Shown: positions 13,987 through 30,965 of the stretch, in pieces
Position numbering within the stretch: position 1 is the stretch's first letter
How the letters are laid out: every line of letters begins with the position of its first letter
Assembly: GCA_030141605.1 (NCBI GenBank)
Contig: JAQGDQ010000012.1
Coordinates: 634,396 to 698,395, forward strand
Direction of reading: 5' to 3'
DNA from: Tubiluchus corallicola
Taxonomy: Eukaryota > Animalia > Priapulida
DNA length: 64,000 nt
Made by a program: the position numbers and the translations under genes
Notes under the pieces: generated by a model
What the model was told of the DNA's origin: nothing
Seen by the model: only the letters and a program-made list of their open reading frames with translations
Databases searched by the model: none

Positions 13987-16900
13987 AGCAGTTGTGTAAG
14001 CACTGCAAGAACATTACGTGTATTTTTAAATAATGGTGCAATTTCTGAAAAACTTTTGTATTAAGCAACCAATGAAACTTTAAATAATGAAAATGATGCT
14101 GATTTTGCAGTGACGTGTACTAATTGTCACTTTGCTTAAGGAACATAGTATGACAAGTGCTAATCTAAGAAAGGAATTATTACTAAATACATGTCTAAGG
14201 TGATATTTCAGAGCTTGCACAAAGCAAGCATTCATTGCGACAGGGTAAGTATATGGTAGCAACATGCGCTTTGAAAAAATGTTTGATTGCCAACATGCAG
14301 CACATATAGCTGCATGATCAACTATTACTAGTACTTACTACTCAAGCTCACGTTGCACATTTGGCTACAAGTCTTAAATATTATCATCGTCATCATCATC
14401 ATTGTTGTCTTTATCGTAATCTTTATTAAACATGTACTTCAAAACAAAAAACCCGACAGACAATTCAAACAGTGTAAAATACCCATTTTAATGACTACAA
14501 ACTCAAGGTTTTTTTTCTAGTGATCATTTCCAAAATAGCATTGATGATGACCTTGCTCATTGACTTTCTTCGGACTACCTCATTGTGTATTTACTAGCAC
14601 GTTGTGCTTACAGGTGTGGCTAATGTTATTTATCTCTAATGAGCAATAAGCTTGTGTAAGCATTTCATTGTTAAAGTGGTAACAGAAAACGTGCCATAAC
14701 TGGTTCATTGCTTCTCACCTGTGATGTAATTATTCGTTCTGTAAAACTTCTTGCACTCTCTACGGCTGAAGCGGAAAAAGCATACAAATGTTCCAAGGAT
14801 TAGAAGTTGATGTCCCAGTGATGGATCTAGCCCAGAGACAATTGTAAAAACATCTAAGATTGAGGTAGTTCCGGGGGGGGGGGATATTGCAGCAAAGAGC
14901 CACGGAGCCCCACAAACATATGAAAAGTTGGACTTTTAAAATGTCACTTTTACTGCAATTTTCCTGACTTACATATATCTCCCACGGCAGTACAGTTACT
15001 ACATTATTTCAGTTATTGTTACGCATCCACTAGTATTAAGTAATAATCTAATAATCTATTATCACTCACCAAGCACACATGGAGTTAAGTGATTTAAAAC
15101 TGATGCTTAGTAAGATAATAAACCTTATGTGAGATACTGTTCCTCAAAATTTTTTAGAACTTTACTGTCATTCTATACAATCATTCTGTAAAATATCTCA
15201 CCTATCTAGGCACTCCTTATGTTTGATATTGCTTAACTACTGAGTGAAGCTTTTTTGAGCATCATAAAGTTTTAAGCCATGAAGTTTTTAGCACATGACT
15301 TGTACCACTTGGTACTAGATGGCAAGGCCAGTTGCTGCAGTAACAATGGTACTATAATTTGAAGCTGACCACATGTCAATGAGTCAGCAAGATAGCATAG
15401 CACTTTAAACTATTATTGTAGTACTGTGCATTAGTAGGGCTTGGAAGGCTAGCTGTGCTGCAGCAGAAATTTATATGTCATCTTCACAGCACCAGGCGTA
15501 GCAAAAACAATTGCTGCATATGAACAATTATGCGTACATACAGTTACACCCGGGCATTCTGCTGCTGCCACATTTTTGAGTACGACGCAGTACACAGAGA
15601 CCAATTGTAGCATATGCATGCATGTGGAAAAAATACTATCTCACGTAATAATTATATTGTAACTGTGGTAAGTAGAAAAATGTGGAACAGTTTTGTTGTT
15701 TTTTTGGCAATAAAGAAAGGTAATATATTTCTTTTCAAACTGTTCTGTTAAAATTTTCGAGAAAAAATTCCAAGTAAAAATTGATATACAATATATAAAA
15801 TTGATATATATATAATGGTTGTACACAACAATTCTTTTTGGTGCATTTATGGAAGCTTGGGTCAATTTATTTTCTGGAATGAACATTTTGCCTAGTGATG
15901 ATGTAGAAAACAAACGTTTAAGTTATGGACTATAGTAAAAACAACACCGCTCCCAGGAAGCTTATTCCAGTATTTTTCATTTTGCTTGCAAACATTCAAG
16001 CAAGAACTGTAATGTCTAGAGAAATTTCCTCTTTCTTCTTCCCAACTTTCGTTTTTCTTTTTTCTAACCCCATTTTTTGTTTTGCATACAGTTTCTTTTT
16101 TGTCAAAGCAGATTGGGCCCAAAAGACCCATGCGACTCTGATGGAACAGAAAGCACTTTTGGGCAAAACCTTCAGAGTTTGGGAGGCTCGAAACCTTTTA
16201 CTTTCTAGGTCTAACTAAAAATTATTGAATATATAGTTAACTGTTCTGCCTATATTGGTGAGAGTAAGACATGCTACTTCTGCATCATATGGCACTATAT
16301 TTTTTTTAACATTTACACAATTACAGGATAATGTATAGATATGCATTGTTTCACACAAATGTAAAGCATGAACCGGCTTGTAAAAACAATAATGGTCAAA
16401 ACAATATTGTCCATACAGTACATTGTAATAATGCACTGTGAATGTACGTAATATTTCAAGTATTGTCAAGTTCAAGTCGTTAATAATTTTGTTTAATAAA
16501 TTAATTTGCAGGTTATTTACATCTGTGTTCAGTAAAAAAATGAACAATAATTAATGCTATTTAACCCTGTGTTATTTTGTCTTACTGTGTTTGTAAATAA
16601 AGTTGCAGTTTGTCATACTTAAAGTACTACGTGGTAAAGAAATAACGTACAATGTCTATAGTTGAAATAAAAACATGTATGTATGTATGTATGTATGCCT
16701 ATATATGTATGATATGTGTATGTATGTATGTATGTATAACTAATGTATGTATGCCTATAGTTATTGATTTGCAGGAAACATAGATGTAGAATTAGAAACA
16801 ATTAATTTTAAACTAACAAACAAACGAATTCTAAACCAAAAAATTTTGCTAACAATGTTAATTATTATTGAAACAGAACAAAGGAAAACTTTAGAATTCT

Positions 16901-17004
16901 AATTTGTTGAATTGAACAGCATTTCTTATACAAGCACTGTCTGAAGTAGTAATAAACATTCTGGTGTCTGTGTTGCAAAGACTTAAAAAGAACAAAAAAA
17001 CAAG

Positions 17005-17575
17005 ATGAGCAACAAAGCTGAAGAAGAAGTTACACAACAGTCTGTAACAGTGGAAATAGTCGAGGAAAAAGAAGTAAGTCAGGTGAACAAAAGGAGGCAG
17101 CACAACTTGTAACCACCATGGAAGAAAAAAAGGACATTCCAGTAGCTGGCGCTGATGGCATGAAGGGTTCTAGTGCCTGTACTATACCAACAGCCTTGGA
17201 ACCACAGACCACGGTGGGACTCCAAACTATTGTACATACACCTTTGGGACCACAGAGCATTATACAGACACCTATGAGATCAGAAAGAGACGAAAGAGTG
17301 CTGATAACGAGGAAACGTGTGAACATTTTAAAATGGGTAGTTTTATGCACTAGTATCCTAATGCAGTTGGTTATACTGATTATTGTTATGATAGATTTGT
17401 GTTATACATAACGCGTTTGTGATGATAGTGGTCTTCCATTTCTTTGTGGAGGACCACCAAAAAGTGGAGGCAACGTTTACCTTCCTAGATCAGGATGGAG
17501 TGGTGCAGTCATTCTACGGGCTGGAACAGCTATTTTACAGGCCAGTACAGTTGCAAACGATATTCGGTTTTTAAG
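17005..17575 (+). pseudogene. Disrupted exon for a membrane protein (MS4A/CD20-like motif, tentative)
   Basis: MSNKAEEEVTQQ... at 17005 shifts frame into EQKEAAQLVTTMEEKKD...KWVVLCTSILMQLVILIIVMIDLCYT. After an in-frame TAA (17409-17411) the frame stays open: RVCDDSGLPFLCGG...RSGWSGAVILRAGTAILQAS. Possible donor ag|gtattg near 17575. Confidence 0.35.
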
Positions 17576-17682
17576 GTATTGTATTGAGCTATCCAGTATA
17601 AACACTATATTTAGCAGTCAATAAATAGTAAGGCATAATTTGCCAGCTGCCATTTTATTAATGACTTAGCTATCGATGCTAG

Positions 17683-17865
17683 CCTAAGCTATCTCATATA
17701 GACTATATTCATTAATCAGTAAACCGCAATGCAGAGTTTACCTGATGCCATATTATCTGAGGCTTGCCTGTCGAGACTTAAGCTATCTCATATAAAGACT
17801 ACTCATCACTCAGTAAATAGCAAGACACAGTTTACTAGATGCCATTTGATCAGAGGCTTACTTAT
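17683..17865. repeat. Diverged tandem duplication of about 95 bp
   Basis: taagctatctcatata...cagtaaa...gtttac...gatgccat...gaggctt occurs twice. Confidence 0.7.
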
Positions 17866-18576
17866 TGCAGTATAGCAGCAGTTTTGAAATTACATATATA
17901 TATAAACTGATGTCGGTGATTTGTCAGTTGCTTTAATGTTCTGAATATTTTAAAGTTAATTTCAATTTTGTGTGCCTGCATGTCTTATCTAGTTTGATAC
18001 CTTTGATTTCGTTATTTATTTGTTCTTTTTTCATTCATTTAGTGGTTTAATGTCTTTATCACGTACAGAACATTTTTTCAGCTCTTCTATAATTTTTTAT
18101 TGTGCTGTGTTTGATCCCATGTAATCTTTTTTATAGTATTTAGAAAGCTAGGTATATGATGATTCATCTATGTGACTCATTAGTTGCTGCATGAGTGCAT
18201 CCATATCATTAACAGCTTGGTAAACGATAGTAACATAAAACATATAAGTGGGACGGCTGTCCACCTTACATGGAGAAAAAGTTCATTAAAAGTGGTTTAC
18301 GTTGACGCAAAATAATTTAGGTAGATGTGTAAGCCCACAGTATGAACTAACTTCCATGGCATAAATAAATTGCCTTAAGTCGAGTTTTGGTCACTACAGA
18401 CTTTAACAATCAACAACATCAAACGTCACAGTATCAAGTTAGACTCGAACTTCATTATTTTTTTAACTTGAATTCGGTTATAGTATATGAAATGTATGAG
18501 TAAAGGCACCAGGCAATTCCTTCTTACATATATATGTAATTCTTATCAATTGATGTCACCACGTTACGCATAATAC

Positions 18577-20258
18577 ATGTGCGCTGCAAAATTGCTGTTA
18601 CTAGCATTGTTCTGAGCATTGGCATTACCATCTATTAATACTACTAGAACTAAGCCAAGTGAAATTAGTGTACAGACCATTAACATGGGCGTACAACTAT
18701 CGTCTAAATACAATAACGGTTGAGATAATTTTCCTACTAGGTGAATTACATTAAGTGCAGGTTTTGTTCGCATTAAATTTATCTCATTATTGGCTTTTGT
18801 CTTTTCCTACTAAAACTGGAACGTAAAAATCGTGATGGCACATGTAAATAACAACAAAAAAGTATGGGCTTTATGTGGCGTTGAACAGCAGAATAAACAG
18901 ATTTTAAACATAAAATTCAATCTCATTTTTTGCATCAAAAATGCAAAATTGTTTGTAATGTGCCCTCTTTTCAACTGGGACATGTGGAGGACCTAGAAAA
19001 TATATATCCAGAACTGGCTGAAGAAGGATTTCCTAGTGCTCCAAATATTAATTCAGAGTGGAAGGTATGAAAAGGGTTCTAAGAAATGTTGCGTGCAAGT
19101 ATAATTGCAGTAAATTTCTGTCAAATGTGGTGGATATGGTGATGTTAGTATAGCATGCTGGGTGTGATGTGATATGGTGTAGGTGGTGTGGTATGATATA
19201 AATGGTGTGAGGTGATGTTGTGTAGATAGCATGGTGTGGTGTGTGTGATGAGGCATGGCATGGCATGGCATGATGAGTGTTACATTGTGTGGTGGTCTGG
19301 TGTGGCATGGTATGAGTGGTCTAGTATGGGTGGTAGTGCTGATCATGAGGTATAGTGCGGGTTGTCATTGACTCATTGTGGGTTTATGCACAAAATTTTT
19401 GGCGGGGTTTGGCTAGTTAATATTATTATGATATTATGACTGTTGTTTCGGAACCTCTTTTACCTTACTGTTATTGTTCATTTTAATTTAGGCCATTCTA
19501 TGATTACACATTTTGTTTATTATTAGTTGATACCTAATAAAGGCCCTTATATCATTCAGAGTATGTGGTGGCACAGTATAGAATAGACATAGTTTGAAAA
19601 TTCATTCCTACAGATTTTTTAGAATTATTTGAGCAACTGAGAAAATTTGCACTTTATTGACCTTTTGTGGATGAATCTAATAGCACTTCAGTGCTATATT
19701 CTATCGTAAGTTAGAATACTAGAATCTGTCAAAATAATTTTGACTTTCCATGAAGTGCTTTTGCAGAACATTGCTAGTAACATAATAATTTGATAGTAAA
19801 GGTCTTTTTGGAACGTTTCTAATAGATCAGCAAAAATTTTCTTGCTACAGTCTTATGACTGGTGTTCTTAATTACAATATTGGCTAAAAAAAATATTGGC
19901 TCATGAGGTGGTTGAGAAGATCTACATGGATGTGGTACTTTGTTTGGCCTACCTGTCTGAAACATCGAGTGCAAATTTTGGAAGTGCTTACTCTTTAAAG
20001 CTTTTGATTATCCAGCTACGAAACTTGATTGCTTTGTTGTTTTACTCTGCAGAACCAGTTACTGGACAAAAGTTTCAAATATTTAAACCAAGTGTGATAC
20101 CAAAGAGTCCACCCAGTGATAGCAATGAGTTTCATATGAGAACATTTGAAATGGTGCGTGGCACTATAGATTACCTGACTTTTGTGCAAAGTATTTATGA
20201 CAAAATAGACACAGGTGAAATAAAAATTAATGAAAGTAAACTAAAAACTCAACATTAA
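18577..20258 (+). pseudogene. Decayed multi-exon gene for a secreted helical (cytokine-like?) protein; exons about 18577-18718, 18975-19064, 19527-19560, 19614-19705, about 19851-19940, 20053-20258
   Basis: Signal-peptide-like MCAAKLLLLALF*ALALP. Phase-compatible exons LGHVEDLENIYPELAEEGFPSAPNINSEWK | LIPNKGPYIIQN | FLELFEQLRKFALY*PFVDESNSTSVLYSI. Terminal exon ...EFHMRTFEMVRGTIDYLTFVQSIYDKI...*. In-frame stops, and an acceptor reading ttttcaa instead of ttttcag at 18974. Confidence 0.5.
19120..19350. repeat. GT-rich low-complexity pentamer repeat (GTGTG/GCATG-like)
   Basis: Directly visible; it explains the His/Thr/Pro-rich minus-strand ORFs. Confidence 0.8.
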
Positions 20259-21110
20259 GGCAAGATTTAGAGTAAATTCTTCATTATTTTGTACAATTTG
20301 ATTTGATAAAATAAATATCGAGGAACATAACACAAACTAAAGGTGTTGTAAGTTATTATACTTGAAAGAATTTTAAAGAAATTGTAACGAGTAAATGTTT
20401 GAATGATGGAGGTGATACGTCACTGCAAGTGGAATGTGGGTGGGACTGTGGGACCCAACAATGAGTAAATCCATAGCCATGAGAGCACTATTAGAACATA
20501 TACACGAAGTGTGATACAGTGTGGGTGCATGTGATTTGTTTCAAAAAATAGTGCACTATGAACACAATACAGATTTATATTCAAATTTCAATTCAGCAAT
20601 GTGCACCACTCATTGCTTTTCTGGTAATTCATAATCAAGCTTTCAAGTTACACTATTTAGCTGTTGAAGATTTTAGCTGTTTGAAAATATCAATTAAAGT
20701 TTTCAGAAACTGCTAATTGAATTTTTTGCTTTGATTGCTCTAATGGTGTGTGAGAACAAGCAATGTGTACATACTGTGGCATTTATGTAGCATCCGGTGG
20801 ATATGTGTTTTCACCTGCAGAATAGCTGCGGGGAAGAAAATCAATTGGAAAAGCTGCAGAAAAAAGAGTAACGCATGTGCATCCTGCATAAATGGGTGTA
20901 TTGAAAACAATATAAACCGATTTTATATATTCCACACACCCCAAAACACATGCGCATCTGGGTGCTATGTAAAAGCCACTTAATAATGACAAAATGTACA
21001 TATATACTATAATGATGAGCACTTTTCAGCAGTCTTAACTACTGTACAAAAATGCTTTATAGTAAAATTTATTTATAGTACAATAATTTCAACTCATCAC
21101 AGTCTTAGTT

Positions 21111-24644
<3,534 letters not shown>

Positions 24645-25242
24645 GGCTGCATGTTTAACAGCTCACCATCAACAACAACATACATGAAAAAAATAGTAAC
24701 TGCGTAGGATGTTTGCTGGCTTCATCTGATGCAGCAGCTGAGGTGCACTATTTATGGATCAACCAAACGCCTGACCCATTAGGATGGAGATATTGCAAGT
24801 AATTGGCTGTTCAGGCTTCATAGCTGACATTAATTGGCACATTTATATAACCACTATAAAATGATTGTTTAGGTGGAATTAAAAAAAAAATATCTTGAAG
24901 TAAAGTGGTTAGGTATTGGCGTATTGACCTTCATTGATGAAGCATGCTTTTGCTTATTACATAATTGGTATGGTGAACAGATTACAAATGTATAACACTA
25001 CAAAAGCATAAGTTTTCAAAATTACCTTATAATCTTTATAATGTATATATTATTTATATAATAGACACTGATATGGAATGAAAATTAAATTATATGCAAA
25101 GAAGAAGTACCATGGTATATCACATAAAAAATATAAATTAGCACAATTAACACTACGTATAAGAAAATAATGTTTGATAAACAAGATGTTTATATGTCCA
25201 TTTACGGTCATTCCCATGTTATGTTTACTTTATTTGATTTTC

Positions 25243-27607
25243 TCACAAACAGTCTCTCCGTCTTTGCTGTCGTGACTTATGAGCACTGAACAGCACTTGG
25301 TTATTGTACACATAAAACAGATTATCTGCCTCAGTCAGGCCAGGGTTATAATTTTCATACAGTATTCGGAATTCTAGATTATCATGTGTTCCACTGCACG
25401 GAAGCACGCAACCTTGTAAATGTCCCCGTTGTTCTGCATTCTGATTAGTATTGGAAATGTGTTGATCTGCCTTTAAATCTGGTCTAGCATGGTTCTGGTT
25501 TAATAGACTAGTCCGCTGTTCACTTTGAAACTGATACGAGTCTTGTACACTTGAACACTGCACAGTAGTGAATTGGCCTGGATATTGATGGCTTTCTTGA
25601 GATGAATTAGCTTCAGCTACTCCATGCAATCTGCAGCACAATAAGCTTGATTTAAACGATAAATGACTGAAACGGTTAAATACATTACAGTTAGAAAAAA
25701 ACAAAAAAGAATGAAACAAGAAGTTTAGAATGGTTATTGTTTTTGAACTTTTATGTCTTTACTGTCAATATTAACTAGATAATTTCTAGCAAGTAATGTC
25801 ATGTAATCCATGCACGGTTACAACGGAAGCAAATATTGCAAGGGCGCTGGAAGTGGAGTAGGGAAGTGGGCAATATGGCCAACGTTAGTATCCTAACAAC
25901 TTTAACTGGTAATAGAGTTTATCATAAAGTGCATATTTTTTAAAGAAGAAAGCAACTAATAAAAACAATATTAAACAACTACATGCAGCTAAATATTCAT
26001 AAAGTCTTTTGAGCTTTTGACAATTAAAATACAAACTGCCTAATCCAATGTTTAGCAGGAACAGGCACGTTGGCCTTTCTAGTGTCTACATGTATGTAAT
26101 TGTAAATTGTAAAGCGCAACGAGATTGCCGAAGTGATGTGCTCTCTACAAATAATAAATTATTATTATTATTATTATTATTACATAAATAAATTGTAATT
26201 GGTGTAAAATTAATGTAAAATAAAGGAGTGCCTGATGTAAACAAGATTTTGCACACAGTTATTAGTGTGAATAACGGTTAAGGCATACAATGGCAACAAC
26301 AACGACAGCGACGATGTGTGGTCAAGTGCAGGTTAAATAAATGACTATGTGTGTTATGCCGTGCAAATGGATCAAAGAAACAACATTATATGACTACATC
26401 AATTTGTAATAAATGTATACAGTTTTAGGAATAGTGATCAATAGTGTGCTATAAAAATGTTTTGACATGCAGGTCACAAAATTCATTAGAACTATATATA
26501 ATGTACTTTTCAGCAGAAATGTCTGTGATTTTATCATTATTTTTAAAAATAACGTTAGTAATTAATAAGCAAATGAATAAATCAATAAGCACTGAAAGTT
26601 TTGTTGTTGTCTCTCACTAATATTATTCCATTGAAATGGGCTCTACGTCTAAAATCTCCTGCATTCTTCTGGTTACACGAAATTATTTGCCAAATGCACA
26701 CTGGATTTGCAAGCACAAATGCCAGGCAACATCATTCACGTTTAAGGTATTATAAGTGGACAAATCTATAAATCAATTGCTCGAGTGCTGAATCAATTAC
26801 TGACATACCCATTTCCTAGATGCAAACTATTCATCCTTTTTGCAATTGGCACACAGTCGCTATTGTTATCATCACTTCGATGCCTTTTTCTGCTAAAAAA
26901 CAGTAAAACAGTTTTCAATATTCAAAATAGTGAAAAGCTAAATAGGAACCTGCACAAATCTGGGTAAATACGGGGATATTGCGGGAGTGGATTGTAATAA
27001 AGCCAAACACAAAAAACAACAAAAATACATAAAAAGTCATTACAAAAAGACAACAGTAACATACATAAAGGAAAATAAGAGCAACCAGTAAAGAAGGCAG
27101 CAAAAAGAAGAAAATGGTAAAATAAATAATAAAGAAATCTGACAAAAAACAGTATAATAGTTTACATCTTCAAGACAGTGAAAGCTAGAAAAGTCAAATG
27201 TAAAAAACGACAAGATAAAGACGGTCATATACAGGTAAACAAGATGACAGGCAACAGAACAGAATAAAAACACAATAAAAATATTGCAAGTCTTCACTTA
27301 ATTTTTCCAAATTTTCATTCTTATTTTCAAAGTTCCCTCTAACTTATTTATATTTTCCCCCTTTTCAAAGTGGCATTATTGCCTGTGAGTAAAAAAAATC
27401 CCCCCCCCCCCAAAGCTAGAAGCTTATGTGCATTTGCCCCTTTTACATATTGGCAATGGCATATGTGAGTAAAAAAGAGCAACAAAGCTAGAGGCAAAAA
27501 TTATGGGAATCAATATAAAATAAGCATCTTCAATCTTTATTCGTTAAATCCAAAAGCTCAAAAACAATTAAACATGAATGGTGCATGTACCTAGTAGCTG
27601 TCGCCAT
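25243..27607 (-). CDS. FAM104/VCF-like (DUF4588) putative nuclear p97/VCP cofactor; exons 27607-27591, 26892-26809, 25630-25243 (162 aa)
   Basis: Three exons joined by phase-2 GT-AG introns (489 nt): MATATS|RKRHRSDDNNSDCVPIAKRMNSLHLGNG|LHG...YNPGLTEADNLFYVYNNQVLFSAHKSRQQRRRDCL*. Bipartite NLS-like N-terminus and a C-terminal YxxNQxLxxAH helix like FAM104 (YFHINQTLREAHF). Confidence 0.75.
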
Positions 27608-28666
27608 TTCCTCAACTGCGCTACGGGATGCCTCGTTCCAAAACGAATAACTTTTTAGCAATTTTTTACATGATTTTGAAGAAAATTACTATAACGGCAG
27701 ATTTGTTTACAGGCAGCAACGGTAGTTGCCACATTGGCTCTTCTGATTTGTCTGATATCTTATCAAGGTGACACCACTGTGAAACCCAATTAAAGAAAGG
27801 GAAACTAGTTCAACCACGACTAAAACGACAGAAATGGATCGAGAAGGCGGCCGAAACTGAAAGCTGAACGAGTAAATTTGACTGCGTAAAATGAGTAAGA
27901 AGGTCGCCATTTGGACCTATTTAGATGTTAGGTCTAATTCTGCAGCTACTACAAATGCAATTACTCTATTAACTAATCACTCTTTGCATTTTTTTAAAAT
28001 TATCTCACTCAGTTGAGAATATTCCCATAATGTTTTTTAGATTATAAGTGAACAATTTCGATTGAAATTAAAATTTCAAAAAATAAACTGCTGTTACTAA
28101 AGTGAATAAGTGACGCTCTCTTTTTAATTTCAAATAGCAAGTCCTGTCTTGATCATGTGACAGTAAAATGCAATCAAATAATTATACAGTTAGAAGCTTA
28201 CAAAACTATAGTTATTTTAAAATATAGTTATTTAAAAATTCCTTCGAAGCATGTTCAATGATTGATAGCTGAATGCTATCAATTCAAAATTCTAAACAAA
28301 ATACTAGAAAAAACTAACCAACATAATCAAATTAGGTGGTCTTATCTTAACTAAAATAATGATGATTTAGACACTGTAAGGCCAGAATTAATAAACTGAC
28401 GATTTGATTTATTATAATCAGCAATAATAACTACTAACCGAACGGTTACATATATATATATATATGTGTAATATGTATAAATATATATTAATTATATTTA
28501 AGTACGAAAGGCACTGAAAAATTGTGAGCTAGCCTGGATTAGAATCTAGATACTGTATGCACGACTTACAATTAATTCACAAGCTCAGCTGCCATTTCAG
28601 CTATCACTTTAAATTTAGATCGTCTTAATATATTACAATATTATTAAGGAAAGCTATCTATATTAT

Positions 28667-28760
28667 GCCCACAGTGAAACTAGACGGCTTGGAGCATACA
28701 ACCTGTAATTGTAAGGTTCGCATTCTAATCCTGACTGGTTCAAAATTATGAGGTACGTAA
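28667..28760 (+). mobile_element. Decayed tRNA-derived SINE head
   Basis: gcttggagcatacaacctgtaattgtaaggttcgcattctaatcct resembles a degenerate tRNA with A/B-box remnants; it does not form an intact cloverleaf. Confidence 0.35.
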
Positions 28761-29253
28761 CATTTGGGCATGGAACACTTGGGCACGAGACATTTTGGCA
28801 CTAGTTGTAGGCCTACCTAATTTTTTGCTTTTGTATATTAAATTTTTAATGACTTGTTACAGTTTTCTGACTCTTACGATATTTTTAATTAAGAAACACT
28901 TAATGATCATCACTTCACTAAATCAAACAGGCAGTAACAATATACACGTATCATAATTTAAATTATAACAATGAAAACCTTGACTCTGACTAGGTGACTC
29001 TGCACTTAATTTGCGATTTTCCACTTTCAGTAATATGCGTAGTTTTTAAAATGAACAAAGCAGAAAACGCTGTTAGGCGTATATTAGCATCTTTAGCAAA
29101 ATATGATAGTATTTTTTTATCAAAAATATCTAATATATCACAAAAATGCTTAAATAACAGAAATGTGTTTCATAAAAAAAGTACACAGAGTTAATTTAGC
29201 GTTAGTAAAACTAGTGCAGCAATTTAACTAGACTAAGTACGTGTCATTATAAT

Positions 29254-29643
29254 CAGGGCTGGATTATCCTGCGGGCTAATAAAGGCTGCAGCCTATAAGG
29301 CCCTCAAGCTTTGGTAATATTTTAAAAAAATCTGTTTCCACTACGGTTGCGTTGTAATATGTGCTAATTTGGTTTGCAATAAGTAGTAAGATAGTTGTAT
29401 TTTTTAAAGAATATTTTATTGATAAACAAAATATAACATGTAAAAGCTATTCTAGTTTATTATTATTGCAATACTATATAAATACCACCCAATACATCTT
29501 TCAAGCAATGTAAATATAGATAAAATATCACGAGTAAAATAGAATCAAGACGACCGGGTACGGGCCAGGTAAAGAACGGGTGGCTCAGTCTGAGGGCCCC
29601 ATAATTTCTTTAGCCGAAGGGCCCAAAAAGTCACAATCCGCTC
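29254..29643. mobile_element. Decayed MITE with CAGGGCxGGATT...AATCCG termini
   Basis: cagggctggattat at 29254 and caatccgct near 29640, with internal ggccc/gggcc subterminal motifs. Confidence 0.45.
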
Positions 29644-30965
29644 GAGCGTTGCACACACTAGTACATTATTATATACATTACTGTTATAATGTATACCATA
29701 AGTTATTGAGCGCTTCGTGTGCTTATAATTAGAAGAAACGACGTAGAATGTGTTACGTGATTGTACGTATTAGCTGCCAACCCGAAAACTGCAGAAATGT
29801 AAATCGTGCAATTAATTATCCAAGTGATGTGATTAGCAATAATTGTAAGCTTTTTTGCTGTACCTGTTGCAAATGATAATAATACCCTCAGCAGCTGTGC
29901 GGTATAAGGAATGATAGTTTTTCCAGTTTTAATTACACGATTGTACTCATGAAAATAATTATTTCTTTTCTATGAAAAGCTTTACATGTTCTAAAGTCAC
30001 ATAGTAGGCTAATCACTACCATGCAATGAACAACAATTCCCATAAAACTGTATTATATTCTTGCATGACGAGTTAGCGCACTGATGAACGTCGGCACTCA
30101 CGCCCAGGTGACCCAAATATTCAAATTTGAGCACTTACAATAACATTGCTGAGTGTACATCTAACTTCATAAATCAGTTCATAAATGTCTTAAAAATAAA
30201 TTGGAAAAAACTGAGCTTACACAAAAAACTTTGTGCACTAGCTCACGGTTTAAGACAGGCAGCTTTGGAAACTACTGGTGCACCTGAAGTCAGTAACCTC
30301 TTATTTCAAATATTTAGAATGCTACTGACAATGAATAACCATTTAATAGTTTAGTTTTGGTGAGTCTTGACCAGAGACTAACACAAATACTTTGACCCAA
30401 ATTTGACCTGATCAATAATGCATAATTGCTTGTGCAATGTCATCTAATAATCTTGTGTGCTGCATCAGAAAGTCATACTAAACAACTATAACAACAACAA
30501 AATACAACTTAACAAACTTTGTTAACAAACATCTTATACATTTGTATTACTATTGTGCCAGTGAAAGTGATACTAACTTCAATTGTTAATAATTAAATTA
30601 CTGTACAAATGTTGCACGCTCACTTATAATGCTTCACTTTACACATAAGATATTCAGGAACTGAACAAGTTACTGACATATTTAACTCAGTTTTTTCAGA
30701 GATTTTTGAGATTTTAAATATTGTACTTGAAAGTTTTTAGCTGCTTTGATAATTAAAAACAGCAGAAACAAATTAAAAAATTAAAGTCATGTGGCGCGTA
30801 ACATAATGTAGCATAGACTGACTATGCTATTAGCTTTACAAATACCTTGCACTTCATTAGATTAGCAGACCAAGTTGATGATATTACAGTATTTGAGCAG
30901 TGCTGTACAATGCAACACAGATTTTACATCTGATTATACTATCAGATGCATAAGCAATGTGGCAA

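Noticed and set aside
13538-14068. 176-aa hydrophobic repeat ORF antisense to the EXOSC8 3' end
   Set aside because: It is a by-product of the 129-bp (multiple of 3) triplication; non-ATG start and no recognisable domain.
19048-19346. His-rich minus-strand ORFs
   Set aside because: Derived from a GT-rich low-complexity repeat.
18613-19660. Selenocysteine or alternative-code reading of the two TGA codons in the cytokine-like relic
   Set aside because: One TGA lies in a signal peptide, a TAA and a broken acceptor are also present, no SECIS was evident, and neighbouring genes use TGA as stop.
27707-27910. 67-aa ORF starting ATGGCGACC upstream of the FAM104-like gene
   Set aside because: No domain or convincing splice continuation; probably promoter sequence with a YY1-like motif.
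28667-28745. Functional tRNA gene
   Set aside because: Stems and B-box are degenerate; better explained as a SINE head.
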